A DNA stretch of 64,000 nucleotides from a virus. The stretch lies in the IMG/VR virus record IMGVR_UViG_3300031413_000003, positions 53,816 to 117,815 of that record; one strand, 5' to 3'. The notes below the pieces were generated by a model. The model worked only from the letters and a program-made list of their open reading frames with translations. It ran no database searches and was not told the origin of the DNA. Shown here in pieces: positions 1 through 9,480 of this stretch. Position 1 is the stretch's first letter. Each line of letters opens with the position of its first letter. Position numbers and translations under genes: made by a program.

Positions 1-271
1 TGCTCGGTGTATAGAACGCGAAGTCATCCAGGCTACGCTCAGCGTAAGCCGCTTCGAACTTCTCATGAGTGAGGCCGATTTCTGGGCACTCAAACAGATC
101 CATACGGCGTTCATCATAACGCTTGGCCAAATACTGGTCCCACTTCTTTGCGGCGTCCACAAGGCGTGTAGCGACGTCCTGAGAGGGGTCGGTAATGATC
201 TTACAGATTAACCCCTGACGATAGTCAAACAGTGAGTCCAACGGCAGATAGACTTTGATGTCCTTGTTCAT
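1..271 (-). CDS. Conserved jumbo-phage hypothetical protein, 5' part only (runs off the left edge)
   Basis: Own translation: ATG at 271 overlaps the TAA of the upstream gene; reads MNKDIKVYLPLDSLFDYRQGLICKII... open to the window edge. Not in the ORF track. Confidence 0.75.
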   Translation of the reverse strand, partial: MNKDIKVYLPLDSLFDYRQGLICKIITDPSQDVATRLVDAAKKWDQYLAKRYDERRMDLFECPEIGLTHEKFEAAYAERSLDDFAFYTPS

Positions 272-741
272 TATTTACCTTCTGCAGCATTTTCAGTTGG
301 AGGTAACTCTGGAACAAACAGATCCAACTGATCGACGTAATAACGCAGGGCAAAGAACACGCAAGCGAAATAATCTTTTTCAGTGATGCGATGTGACAAC
401 GTGGCGTTGTTGGGCATGCCGCTAATCACCGACTTGTATTCCGCCAGCAACTTCTTGAAGTAGGCTTCAGGAAACACCAGCTCACTGACAACCGCCATAA
501 CGAAAAGCAGGGCATCGTTATAGAACGTCGAGCTACCCCCAATCACCGTTGAGAAGTTGGCTAACTCATCGGAGAACTTGGTCATCGGCGTTTCATAAAA
601 GCGCAGGGAAACTTCTTTGATGAAGTCTTGCTTTTCTTCGCGACTTTGCAGGAACAGATAATGCTTGACCAGCACTTCTCCCAGGATTTGGAGATCCGGT
701 TCACCAATAGGGGATTTGAACCCAGGAAGGATATTACTCAT
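271..741 (-). CDS. Hypothetical protein (core block next to vRNAP subunit)
   Basis: 156 aa ORF, GGAAG RBS, coupled to neighbours. Confidence 0.8.
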   Translation of the reverse strand: MSNILPGFKSPIGEPDLQILGEVLVKHYLFLQSREEKQDFIKEVSLRFYETPMTKFSDELANFSTVIGGSSTFYNDALLFVMAVVSELVFPEAYFKKLLAEYKSVISGMPNNATLSHRITEKDYFACVFFALRYYVDQLDLFVPELPPTENAAEGK

Positions 742-752
742 AGCGCTTCCCT

Positions 753-1442
753 TTACCCGTTACGTGAATGCAGGTTGTTCTCGATGAGACGACCACGCAG
801 TAAGAAGTGTGCCAGGCTTAGCACTTTAGCGCCGTCACCGCGACGTAAGCTGGCGTTAACACTGGCTTGACCTTCTTCAATAAGAGAAGCACGGTAAGCC
901 TTTAACGCGCCTACGTCACCGCCTTTAACGGTATAGAGTTCGTTGACCGAGTTAACCAGACCCAGAGAACCACCGAATACGTGGACTTCAGGAATACTTA
1001 AACCGGTTGCACGTGACTCCATCATCACCTGACCTGTTAAGTCATCAACACGTTTATCATCTTTCGCCGCGCTGATCTTCTTGACCCACATCTGGCTCTG
1101 CTTCATGAGTTCCGCAGTACCCACAAAGTGTTTAGCCGGTGTCATGACCTTTAAGCCGGTATCGATGTCGTAGCTTACAATGCGCTGCCATACAGGGCGA
1201 CCTAAACGCTCACAGCGCTCAACGATGTCATCAAAGTCAACGTCATCACCGCGATTGGTATTACTTAACCAGATAGCCAACTCATTGCCCGCTTCAAGCC
1301 ACGCAACGTAATCGTCAAACTCCTGATCATTCATCCGCCCGAAAAACTCTTTATAGATGGCACCATTACCCCCATTGGGGGTAACAGATGTCATTTCGTC
1401 GATAAGGAATTTTTCTGCTTTCTTTCGATTAGCAGTAGTCAT
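753..1442 (-). CDS. Virion RNA polymerase beta subunit, C-terminal split fragment (phiKZ gp149-like)
   Basis: DDLTGQV...GLSIPEVHVF...VNELYTVKGGDV resembles the RpoB C-terminal region (SLVTQQP...FGEMEVWAL...EMLTVKSDDV). Size and position next to UvsX fit phiKZ-like synteny. Confidence 0.8.
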   Translation of the reverse strand: MTTANRKKAEKFLIDEMTSVTPNGGNGAIYKEFFGRMNDQEFDDYVAWLEAGNELAIWLSNTNRGDDVDFDDIVERCERLGRPVWQRIVSYDIDTGLKVMTPAKHFVGTAELMKQSQMWVKKISAAKDDKRVDDLTGQVMMESRATGLSIPEVHVFGGSLGLVNSVNELYTVKGGDVGALKAYRASLIEEGQASVNASLRRGDGAKVLSLAHFLLRGRLIENNLHSRNG

Positions 1443-1816
1443 TTAACCTTCCTGTTGTAGCCGTAAGTAAACAACGGCTTGTTCAATTCGGTGGCGGCTT
1501 GACGCGCTCCGTTAAGGAACATATCGTCAGCCAGTCTGATGATTAATATCTCATCAAATAGTCCAACGTTGTTTTCCAGGGATTGAATGAACTGCGTTTT
1601 GTTTTTGGTGTCTAACTCAATTTCAGTGACAGTGGGATCGATATCGCAAATCCCACGATTACCACAAACAGAAACCAAAGAGACGTCACGGCATTTACTT
1701 TTTGCCATGTTCTCTTTTAAACGCGCCACGTAGGCTGTCGCGTCATCGCATTGATTACCGAAAATACCATCAGTAATAACTAAAGTTACAACAGTTTCTC
1801 TTTGTTCTGTGGTCAT
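1439..1816 (-). CDS. Hypothetical protein
   Basis: 125 aa, ATGA-type overlap with downstream gene. Confidence 0.75.
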   Translation of the reverse strand: MTTEQRETVVTLVITDGIFGNQCDDATAYVARLKENMAKSKCRDVSLVSVCGNRGICDIDPTVTEIELDTKNKTQFIQSLENNVGLFDEILIIRLADDMFLNGARQAATELNKPLFTYGYNRKVK

Positions 1817-1825
1817 GATACTGCC

Positions 1826-3247
1826 TTAGAATTTGGGGTCGCCTTCGCCAACGGCGATACGCATAAGTTCAAAAGTCGAAAGCGTTGTTTTCTTGATGTC
1901 ATCATTGATGAACCAGTAGTCAACGGTTTCGTTCAAAATCCATTCCCAATCCATGAGCTTGCCGATCTTCTCGTAGAAGTCTTCGATCGTCATGCGGTAC
2001 TTCTGATCGAGCGTCAGATCGTACTTCATTTTGTTCATGTATTGGTAAGTAATACAAAGAGCACGACGCAGACAGAGATCTTCATTGATCTGTCCGCGAA
2101 TCGTTGTACGGCCAAGACGGCTACCTGGGTAGATCACCAGTGAGTGACCACGTGGGTTGTCGCTGTCATAACCGAAGAATTTGTGCTTCTTCAAGTTGTG
2201 GTAAGCAGTCAGGTCTTCCTGAATACCTAAGTGCTGAGAACCGATGAAGGACGTGTGACCACCAGAGATCCCGTTCTTATTACGGTATGGAGAAACGAAG
2301 TACTCCATAAGGTCTGGTGACGCTTTACCGTCGGCATCAAAGAATTCATCTTTACCATACGGGTCAGGATAAAGCCATTCCTGTCCGTTCTTCAATGGCG
2401 CGCCACGAATGATCTCGACACCCAGTGCCGGAAGCTTCTTCATGGACTTCGGACCAGAGATCTTCTTGCCCTGACGCAGGAACGTAGTTTGCTTTTCCAG
2501 CGGCTGACCGGTCATGTTGATGATATCTTCAACCTGTGCAGTCCACACCTGATACATGCCAACTTCAGCACCCAGGCTATCTGCATCGGTATGAACGATA
2601 CGACGAAGGTTACCGATGACCATATCACGGGTTTTCTTCGCACCGCCTTCATCTACATCACCTTCCTGGAAATCTTTCATGGCTTTCGAGAAGCCCATTT
2701 CCGTACCGGAGTCGATCATTGGGATCAACGGTGGGAACATCTTAACCGCTGATACACCATCGTTAGCCAGGAAAGGCGTATCGATTTTGAGGTTCTTGTT
2801 CTTCTTCGCTTCTTCTTTGATCATGGCATTCTTCTCTTTAAAGAAGTTATGCACATCGGTACCGTCATACTCATTACCTGACAGGTAGAAGAAACGCTGA
2901 TCCAGAATATGATGTTTGAAGTAATCGTTGTCGCCGATCTCGCGGTTAATCGCATCCGCAACGCGGCTTACAGCAAAGGTTTTCTCAATATCGAATAAGA
3001 AGCCCGCACTTGGTTTGATACGCGCCAGAACACGCGACATCATTAATGCCAGCTTACCGGATTTCTGGGTGTTACTACCACCAACTACCGCATTGTTTGG
3101 GGTCATGCCGCCATTTAAATAATAACGACCATCGACACCTTTTACGTCTTCACCATTTAACTGATCGAAAATATACGAATAGTTGATGAATGGGGTGGTT
3201 ACTTCGGATGATTTCATACCTGAAAGGAAACCATAAGGGGAAGACAT
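1826..3247 (-). CDS. uvsX: UvsX/RecA-family recombinase (phiKZ gp152-like)
   Basis: NGG...AVVGGSNTQKS Walker A variant, FDIE motif, PMIDS Walker B; 473 aa; synteny. Confidence 0.75.
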   Translation of the reverse strand: MSSPYGFLSGMKSSEVTTPFINYSYIFDQLNGEDVKGVDGRYYLNGGMTPNNAVVGGSNTQKSGKLALMMSRVLARIKPSAGFLFDIEKTFAVSRVADAINREIGDNDYFKHHILDQRFFYLSGNEYDGTDVHNFFKEKNAMIKEEAKKNKNLKIDTPFLANDGVSAVKMFPPLIPMIDSGTEMGFSKAMKDFQEGDVDEGGAKKTRDMVIGNLRRIVHTDADSLGAEVGMYQVWTAQVEDIINMTGQPLEKQTTFLRQGKKISGPKSMKKLPALGVEIIRGAPLKNGQEWLYPDPYGKDEFFDADGKASPDLMEYFVSPYRNKNGISGGHTSFIGSQHLGIQEDLTAYHNLKKHKFFGYDSDNPRGHSLVIYPGSRLGRTTIRGQINEDLCLRRALCITYQYMNKMKYDLTLDQKYRMTIEDFYEKIGKLMDWEWILNETVDYWFINDDIKKTTLSTFELMRIAVGEGDPKF

Positions 3248-3256
3248 AGTGAACCT

Positions 3257-3268
3257 CGATTCTATGAA
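3257..3268 (+). promoter_or_regulatory. Putative late (non-virion RNAP) promoter, TATG type
   Basis: CGATTCTATGAA; the identical 12-mer occurs at 7369-7380, both upstream of + strand virion genes. phiKZ late promoters carry TATG at the start site. Confidence 0.5.
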
Positions 3269-3311
3269 AAGTTAGGTAATAATTCTTAATCTATATATAA
3301 GGGTTCCAGTA

Positions 3312-4112
3312 ATGAATTACAATTTTGTATCCCATGTAAAAAACCCTGTTACCCTTCACGTAGCAGGGATCGAGGATTTAGGTTTCGGTGAGGCTCTGAA
3401 TCTGTTTTTTAAAGAGTTCTTTACAGAGACGGACCGTAAGCTGGCGCAATTTAAGTCAAGTTTACATACTATTAATTGGCAGCCAGTTGAACAAGATTTA
3501 TCTAAACGCAAGGTGCTGTTTGTAAACAATGCCAATGTGCGTTTGCCGGTGCCAACCTACTTCAATGGCGGTGAAGGCGAAATGGCATACTACGTCGATA
3601 ATATTGTCGGCGCGGTAATTGTGGTGGAAGGTTTCAAAACTGAGATCCAACGTTTCTACGAGTGGATGAAGAAAGTTGTGAAACTGGGTCGCATCGAAAG
3701 TGCCTACAAATGGACCGTGACGGGCTATGATTCACACGTCGGTAAAGTCAGCGCGTTCATCAAAGAACTGGAAGAAGGCCCTAAGACTGCCAAGACCGGT
3801 GAAGTGTATATCAACTTCCAGGAAGCGTTTGGTCTGATGAACCGTTACAACCAGGCGTGTAAAGGCATTGGTGCTCGTGACGCAGAAGTCATGGCGCGTG
3901 ATCTCAAGAATGTCTACGAAGTAGGCAACCTGCTGGTCAGCAAGATCAAGAACGGCGATATCATCGTTGACGCTTACGTGATCAAAGGCGTCCAGGAGAA
4001 GGTTAGCATGTTTAATGAACTGACTTCTATTGTGGGTGGCTGCCTGGGTCTGATGAACGAACTGAACGCGGTGTTTGATAGCCAGCTGGAAGAGTTCAAG
4101 AAGTTTAAGTAA
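3312..4112 (+). CDS. Putative virion structural protein (phiKZ gp153-like position)
   Basis: 266 aa helical ORF divergent from uvsX, followed by terminator. Confidence 0.6.
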   Translation: MNYNFVSHVKNPVTLHVAGIEDLGFGEALNLFFKEFFTETDRKLAQFKSSLHTINWQPVEQDLSKRKVLFVNNANVRLPVPTYFNGGEGEMAYYVDNIVGAVIVVEGFKTEIQRFYEWMKKVVKLGRIESAYKWTVTGYDSHVGKVSAFIKELEEGPKTAKTGEVYINFQEAFGLMNRYNQACKGIGARDAEVMARDLKNVYEVGNLLVSKIKNGDIIVDAYVIKGVQEKVSMFNELTSIVGGCLGLMNELNAVFDSQLEEFKKFK

Positions 4113-4128
4113 CAAAAAAATAAGGAAC

Positions 4129-4160
4129 TATAACTCCTACCCGCAAGGGTAGGAGTTATA
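4129..4160. terminator. Bidirectional intrinsic terminator, GCAA-loop family
   Basis: TATAACTCCTACCC-GCAA-GGGTAGGAGTTATA perfect hairpin between convergent genes; A-tract to the left. Confidence 0.85.
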
Positions 4161-4163
4161 TAT

Positions 4164-4433
4164 TCATTTCGGTAAGTTTTCTTTGATCCAGTTCGCTGTT
4201 GCGTTACGGTATTTCATTTCTGCCTCCATCATTTTAACTTCATCCATGATGGAAAGAAGGCGGCTCGCGATCAACGCTCTTTTTTCATCAACGTTATCAG
4301 TTGAGAATTTGATATCAGCTAGGTCTAAACGGAGTTCACCGAGTTGCTTCTTCAAAGAATCACTTCTAGTAAGTAATTCATCCATGATGTGGTTGATCCG
4401 ATTATACCGTTCCAGTTCATCAATGCGTGACAT
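4164..4433 (-). CDS. Hypothetical coiled-coil protein
   Basis: 89 aa, GGAGG RBS, overlaps stop of upstream gene. Confidence 0.75.
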   Translation of the reverse strand: MSRIDELERYNRINHIMDELLTRSDSLKKQLGELRLDLADIKFSTDNVDEKRALIASRLLSIMDEVKMMEAEMKYRNATANWIKENLPK

Positions 4434-5086
4434 TAATAGAGTCCTCCACTATGACGTGTCATCCCCCGCCACTGGCGCGTCCCTTTCTTTCCTTCATCTG
4501 TCCACTGAGAAGTCCGGGGAATAGGTTCATGCCCACTACCAAAACAACCTGGGTTCATTGAAGACATTTTTTCAAATACTTCTTTAGGAACCTTGATCTC
4601 GCTGTAGGTGAATTTGTGGTACATAGTTTCAAAGGCTGTGTCATCAAACGTCCTGTATACGTTCCCACAAAGCAATGAAGTGTGTGGGTGAGTAGAATAG
4701 AAAGGCAACCCATCTTCATTTACTAACAGCGTTCGATAGAATTTCTGTAGCTCGGTACCCTTAGTAAGATAGTAATTGAGAGTATCCTCGTCCAACTGAA
4801 CCGGGGACTTATAACGCCTGACCTGATCGACATTGTTAAAATCAATCGGGTAAATTACGTTCCCTGTTTGTGCCTTATACTGGGGGTCTTGTACCAGCTC
4901 TTTACACTGCTCACGCAAGCGAAAATCAGACACAGCAAAATATGGAGAATACCAACGAAAAAGATCTTCCACATTTATATCCTTACGACCAGCTTTAACC
5001 TTGGCTCTTTCATTAAGCAACAAAAACGTAACAAAAGAACAAATAGAACTCTTACGAACATTAGTGCCAAAAATATCTTTGTACAT
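4433..5086 (-). CDS. Hypothetical early protein
   Basis: 217 aa, AGGAG RBS, directly downstream of early promoter motif. Confidence 0.75.
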   Translation of the reverse strand: MYKDIFGTNVRKSSICSFVTFLLLNERAKVKAGRKDINVEDLFRWYSPYFAVSDFRLREQCKELVQDPQYKAQTGNVIYPIDFNNVDQVRRYKSPVQLDEDTLNYYLTKGTELQKFYRTLLVNEDGLPFYSTHPHTSLLCGNVYRTFDDTAFETMYHKFTYSEIKVPKEVFEKMSSMNPGCFGSGHEPIPRTSQWTDEGKKGTRQWRGMTRHSGGLY

Positions 5087-5124
5087 AACTAACTCCTAGA
5101 CTAACTGATTAATTAAGTTGACTT

Positions 5125-5156
5125 ATCTACCCAGATAATGTAGGTCTAAGAAAAAA
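5125..5156 (-). promoter_or_regulatory. Early (virion RNAP) promoter
   Basis: Minus strand TTTTTTCTTAGACCTACATTATCTGGGTAGAT; one of eight copies resembling the phiKZ early TATATTAC motif. Confidence 0.7.
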
Positions 5157-5168
5157 TATATTATAAAA

Positions 5169-5192
5169 CACAAGGAGCCGAAGCTCCCTGTG
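5169..5192 (-). terminator. Intrinsic terminator (UUCG loop)
   Basis: Minus strand CACAGGGAGC-TTCG-GCTCCTTGTG followed by TTTT. Confidence 0.75.
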
Positions 5193-5200
5193 CTTATATA

Positions 5201-5416
5201 TTAAGAAAATCTGGTAAAGCTAACGTGGACAACACGGTCACCCTGTTGCAATAACCCGCTTTCAGAGATCACAGGACTGTCATCATCACGAATGAAGTCC
5301 AACCACATGTCGAACCAACTGTGCATTGACCTCGCACTCAACCCAGAAATCCCACAAGGTTTATCGAGGACAACGAACTGAGGAACGTTAACAGGTCCCG
5401 GTGGAACTCTGATCAT
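5201..5416 (-). CDS. Hypothetical protein
   Basis: 71 aa, GAGG RBS, ATGA overlap. Confidence 0.6.
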   Translation of the reverse strand: MIRVPPGPVNVPQFVVLDKPCGISGLSARSMHSWFDMWLDFIRDDDSPVISESGLLQQGDRVVHVSFTRFS

Positions 5417-6942
5417 TTCTTCACCTCTTTGTTCTTAGGCGGTTCTTTGCCCAGTTCTTTGAGATTCAGTACACGCAGATTTGCAACAGCCGACATCTGA
5501 ATGTAAACCCATTCACCCGCATCCACGACGCAGAAATAACGAATCCCGTTCGGGTTCGACACATCATAACCCAACCACACCTTAACGTTTTCTTCCGTAC
5601 AGCTGTTGAAGTTGTTACGGTCAGGCATGTCATACCCAATCGACAAAATCAACGGCACTGGCTTAACGGCTTTCGGATGCTCAACGGTAACCGTAAAGGT
5701 TGAGGTGTTCTGCTTGAACTCAGGATCCAGTTTGCGTTTGATCACACCCTTCTTGTTCTCCTCATCTTGATAGATCAAGTGAGTGATGTCCTTGAAGTGT
5801 GTATGACCAGACGAGTTGTTGGCATCACGACGCATAAACAAGTCGAACAGGTGATGAACCTTCTCGATGTTGTTACGGACCTGATAGCTCATAACCGGAG
5901 GATCAATCAATTCAACCAGCGTCGGTTCTTCCTTTCCTGCTGACTCAAACGGAATGTTAACGTTCTTGCCATCACGAATGCCTGGATAAGTGTCCACGAT
6001 ACGAGCAACATCTTTCGACGTTACATTGCTCAGGATACCTGCTGACAGATATTCGTTGGGATTAGGAACCAGCTTGCGAGAATAGTTGAAGATCTTGTCC
6101 AGCAACTGAATCGGGGTCTTGCAGTACAGATTACCAAAGGTTACGTCCGGGGTGAGCTTTCCGTAATACTTTTTATCCGGTTCAACTTGTCCAAAGTTGT
6201 ACGCTCGATAACCGTGGTAGTCGTCGTAGAAGTTGGTGCCGTCTCCGGTATTGAAGTACCAGCGACCGCCGCACACAATCTTGTTAAAATCTGTTTCAGG
6301 CGATTCATACTCTTTCTTACTCATGACTTCAAAGAAAACACGTTTCTTGCCGCCAGGAACCGTTTCAATTTTACCCAAGCCGGATTGCTTGCTGGCGAGC
6401 TTCATGCCAGGACCGCCCTCTACTGCGGCGTCAGTATTAAAGATAACTTTGTTACCTTTGGCTAACCAGTCAGCATAACCAGCCTGAATGGATTTAAGAT
6501 CAGACACTTCTCCCGGGGACAGCTCGTGCTTCGCGAAGACCCAGTTCGCTTCTTCCAACTTCTTCATGTCCAACTTCACCAGCTTTTCTACCAGCGCGAG
6601 TTTGGAAATGATACAGATGTTCTTGTAAGCGTCTTTGGATTCTTCTTTATACAGATGTTGGAACAACTCTTTCAACAACGCCAGTACCGGTTCAATGACA
6701 TTTCTGCCGTTGCTGACGGTGCCCAGTAGGTAGTCTTCAATGGCGACAACGGTACCCGCATTGCGTGTATTGCCGACATAATAGCCTAAAGTGGTTGGCG
6801 TCCCTTTCTGGAGTTTCTTTTTGCCTTCTTTGTCCATCAGATAAGTATAACCGTGCGCGCCCGCAATATACCGTGGGGAACGGTTAATCATTAACTCATC
6901 GACCAACAAATACAGAACGATGTTCTTCATGTTCTCTATCAT
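5413..6942 (-). CDS. RNase H-fold protein (phiKZ gp155-like), catalytic motifs appear degenerate
   Basis: N-terminal IVLY..D...AGAHGYTY pattern, ~500 aa length and position after uvsX/gp153-like gene. Canonical TDG, NN.AE, SDS and GH..GNE.AD motifs are not recognisable. Confidence 0.55.
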   Translation of the reverse strand: MIENMKNIVLYLLVDELMINRSPRYIAGAHGYTYLMDKEGKKKLQKGTPTTLGYYVGNTRNAGTVVAIEDYLLGTVSNGRNVIEPVLALLKELFQHLYKEESKDAYKNICIISKLALVEKLVKLDMKKLEEANWVFAKHELSPGEVSDLKSIQAGYADWLAKGNKVIFNTDAAVEGGPGMKLASKQSGLGKIETVPGGKKRVFFEVMSKKEYESPETDFNKIVCGGRWYFNTGDGTNFYDDYHGYRAYNFGQVEPDKKYYGKLTPDVTFGNLYCKTPIQLLDKIFNYSRKLVPNPNEYLSAGILSNVTSKDVARIVDTYPGIRDGKNVNIPFESAGKEEPTLVELIDPPVMSYQVRNNIEKVHHLFDLFMRRDANNSSGHTHFKDITHLIYQDEENKKGVIKRKLDPEFKQNTSTFTVTVEHPKAVKPVPLILSIGYDMPDRNNFNSCTEENVKVWLGYDVSNPNGIRYFCVVDAGEWVYIQMSAVANLRVLNLKELGKEPPKNKEVKK

Positions 6943-7005
6943 GGGTTATATAACCTTACTATAGGAGGGACATTACATCCCTCTTATAGTTAATTTTAAA
7001 AAAAA

Positions 7006-7413
7006 TCAATGTGACGCGGGTTTCGCTTGAGGATTGCGGCATAAAAAGAGATCGCGCTGCAAAGTAGAGTTCTCTGTATACAGATTATCCACTTTATCAA
7101 CGAGTTCACTGTTTGTTGCGCGCAGTTCAGCTGAAATCTTTTCCAGACCGCCTAAACGATCATTGACCTGGAAAAAAACATCACTGTGTTTAAGGTAGCT
7201 AACGTTCAGTTCCGTGTAATCCTGTTTTAATACCGAATAATCCATGTACTGCATAACGGACTGAAAGCAGATGACAATAACCACTACCAATAAAAGAATT
7301 ACCATTCCACAAGCGTGGCGGGCGATATCTAATATGGCAGTTTCACGTTCATCATAGTTTTTTGCCACCGATTCTATGAACCTGTCAAATAGCTCGACCC
7401 AACCCTTGAGCAT
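7006..7413 (-). CDS. Membrane-anchored coiled-coil protein
   Basis: Start reassigned to MLKGW (GAGGGGG RBS); one TM segment (GMVILLLVVVIVICF) followed by heptad repeats. Confidence 0.65.
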   Translation of the reverse strand: MLKGWVELFDRFIESVAKNYDERETAILDIARHACGMVILLLVVVIVICFQSVMQYMDYSVLKQDYTELNVSYLKHSDVFFQVNDRLGGLEKISAELRATNSELVDKVDNLYTENSTLQRDLFLCRNPQAKPASH

Positions 7414-7445
7414 ATGATTTCCCCCTCTTTTGTAAGGCCCAAACA

Positions 7446-8783
7446 ATGACAACAACGTATCTTTCTTTTGCTGAAATAGCAAAGTTGCACAACAGTAAGG
7501 CGGTGTCACCCATCGGTGAATTGTCGGTACGTGCCCGCACCTTTGAGGTCGACCCTGATGTGTTTTCTTTAGATAGTTCAACCGAAGTTGTCTTGTACAA
7601 CTTTGCTGCGATCAAAGACAATGCACCTACAACGCTACCCAAAGACCTCGCCACTCGACAGTTGAACATTGCCGATTGGCTGTATCAACAGGCGCTTGCT
7701 GGTAACTTAACACAAAGCCGAGGCGATTGCCTTGCACTGTTAAAAGCCACCTTTACCCAGGCCATCGAATTTACCGCAGTAGGGGATATGGTAACCAACG
7801 GCAGCATTTGGTTACCGAGTGTAGTAAAAGGCAACCACCTCGTATCCGTTAACGGTGGCGCTTCAACAGACCCACAAGCTTTCGCTCTCTGGTTTGCAGA
7901 TGCGTACTTCCAGGACCAGTATCCAACAGCTACTTACTTCATTGTTCACCCTGTGCCGCTAACCGAAATCGATTCGCTGTATGAGATGAACTATCAACAG
8001 TTGGCTGCGCGTCTCGCTTTAGAGACACCAACAGTAATTGCAGATCGCGAGCATGAGATCGCTGATAATTCGCCGTATACACTGCGTAGTGTTTCGGCTT
8101 ACAACGTCTACGATTTGCTTAACACACCAAGCTTCGTTGAAGCGTACTGGCGTGTGCTAACCCGCGGCAATTATGTCGAGGACTCGGTCATGGAGCAAAT
8201 TCGCCAAGAAATCTTGGCTCACTCCAAGTACACCGAAGAGCAGTGGGGAGAAAAGGTTCCTGATTTGTTTAACCCGAACGAGTTCTACGGGATTATCCGT
8301 TTCGACCGTTTAGGGTTGTTAAATAAAACCAATAGTACTTCCACGCTGTCACCGATTGTTGATCATGAAACAGAATTTAAATTTGTTGACGTCTATTTGA
8401 CGCCTAATATGTCAACTGATCATGTCATAAAATCGACCCAGAGCATTCCGACCCTTTATAAGTCCATGCAATACAGCATGACGGCTAAAGTAAACAACCG
8501 GGATGGCTTCCAAAAGATGTCCGATGTTCTGCCAGATTACCAGTTAATCGAGAGCACCAGTCCTGACTTTGGTTTGATCTCTGCTGACACCCGTAAGTAC
8601 CTGTTGGATATGGAAAACCTGTTGGCCGCAGCAGAAGTGGTCACCGAGTTCTCTCTTCCTCCTCAGGGTATCACAACAGTTAAACGTTTCGGCAAGCTGT
8701 GGGTGACCAAGAAAATCAACAAGGTCAAATACCTGATCTTGACCCGTTATCAGATGGTTCAGGATAAACAGATTACTCAGTAA
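7446..8783 (+). CDS. Putative virion structural protein
   Basis: 445 aa, late-type promoter upstream, co-transcribed with next gene; matches position of phiKZ-like virion genes. Confidence 0.6.
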   Translation: MTTTYLSFAEIAKLHNSKAVSPIGELSVRARTFEVDPDVFSLDSSTEVVLYNFAAIKDNAPTTLPKDLATRQLNIADWLYQQALAGNLTQSRGDCLALLKATFTQAIEFTAVGDMVTNGSIWLPSVVKGNHLVSVNGGASTDPQAFALWFADAYFQDQYPTATYFIVHPVPLTEIDSLYEMNYQQLAARLALETPTVIADREHEIADNSPYTLRSVSAYNVYDLLNTPSFVEAYWRVLTRGNYVEDSVMEQIRQEILAHSKYTEEQWGEKVPDLFNPNEFYGIIRFDRLGLLNKTNSTSTLSPIVDHETEFKFVDVYLTPNMSTDHVIKSTQSIPTLYKSMQYSMTAKVNNRDGFQKMSDVLPDYQLIESTSPDFGLISADTRKYLLDMENLLAAAEVVTEFSLPPQGITTVKRFGKLWVTKKINKVKYLILTRYQMVQDKQITQ

Positions 8784-8794
8784 GGTAATAAGGC

Positions 8795-9439
8795 ATGTCT
8801 GATACAAATGTTATCCCGTCCTATTTTGCGGCGGGGAGTTACACCGCCAACAATCCGTTTGACATGGTGGTCAAGCCGGAGAAGTATTACAAGGTAGAGG
8901 CGCTTCGCTCAGTAAATGAAATGCTGGGTGATAATCAAAACATGTTTAAACTGATCTTCGAACCAGCAGGTGTTACTGCTACTGATTATCAGAACATGTT
9001 GGACGATGTCACCAAACAGCAGGGTGCTATTCTGGTTTTAATCGCCAGTGACGGTAGCCGTGTTTATGTTCCCACAACTTACCTGAAATCATTTCCACTG
9101 ACAGATGGTGTGAGTTATGAACGCCTGTGTTTGGTCATTGACCTCGGTGCTGTCCCGCCCGATCTCAAGAACAACATCGAAGACGTCAAGGATCACTTTG
9201 CTAATTATGCCGAAGCTCATATCGGGGTGAAAGCAAACGTCCAGGTTGGTACCATGCCGACCATTGGTTACGTGTCTGCTGAACAACACAAGGCTAATGA
9301 AACCACGCGCTTGAACAAAATCGCGGGTTCAATGAATGACGTGGTTACAGTTGCGACGCAAGAAGAAACTATTGCCAAGCAAGCCGCCTACATCGTTCAG
9401 TTGGAAACGGCACTGAAAGCTGCACAACAAGCCAAGTAA
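8795..9439 (+). CDS. Putative virion structural protein
   Basis: 214 aa, C-terminal coiled coil, operonic with 7446. Confidence 0.6.
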   Translation: MSDTNVIPSYFAAGSYTANNPFDMVVKPEKYYKVEALRSVNEMLGDNQNMFKLIFEPAGVTATDYQNMLDDVTKQQGAILVLIASDGSRVYVPTTYLKSFPLTDGVSYERLCLVIDLGAVPPDLKNNIEDVKDHFANYAEAHIGVKANVQVGTMPTIGYVSAEQHKANETTRLNKIAGSMNDVVTVATQEETIAKQAAYIVQLETALKAAQQAK

Positions 9440-9448
9440 TAAAAGAAG

Positions 9449-9480
9449 TAATACTCCTACCCGCAAGGGTAGGAGTATTA
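9449..9480. terminator. Bidirectional terminator, GCAA-loop family
   Basis: TAATACTCCTACCC-GCAA-GGGTAGGAGTATTA, 32 bp identical to 24737-24768. Confidence 0.85.

Noticed and set aside
7006-7413. Possible i-spanin or holin
   Set aside because: TM plus coiled coil fits, but no o-spanin lipoprotein or endolysin is adjacent; left as a membrane protein
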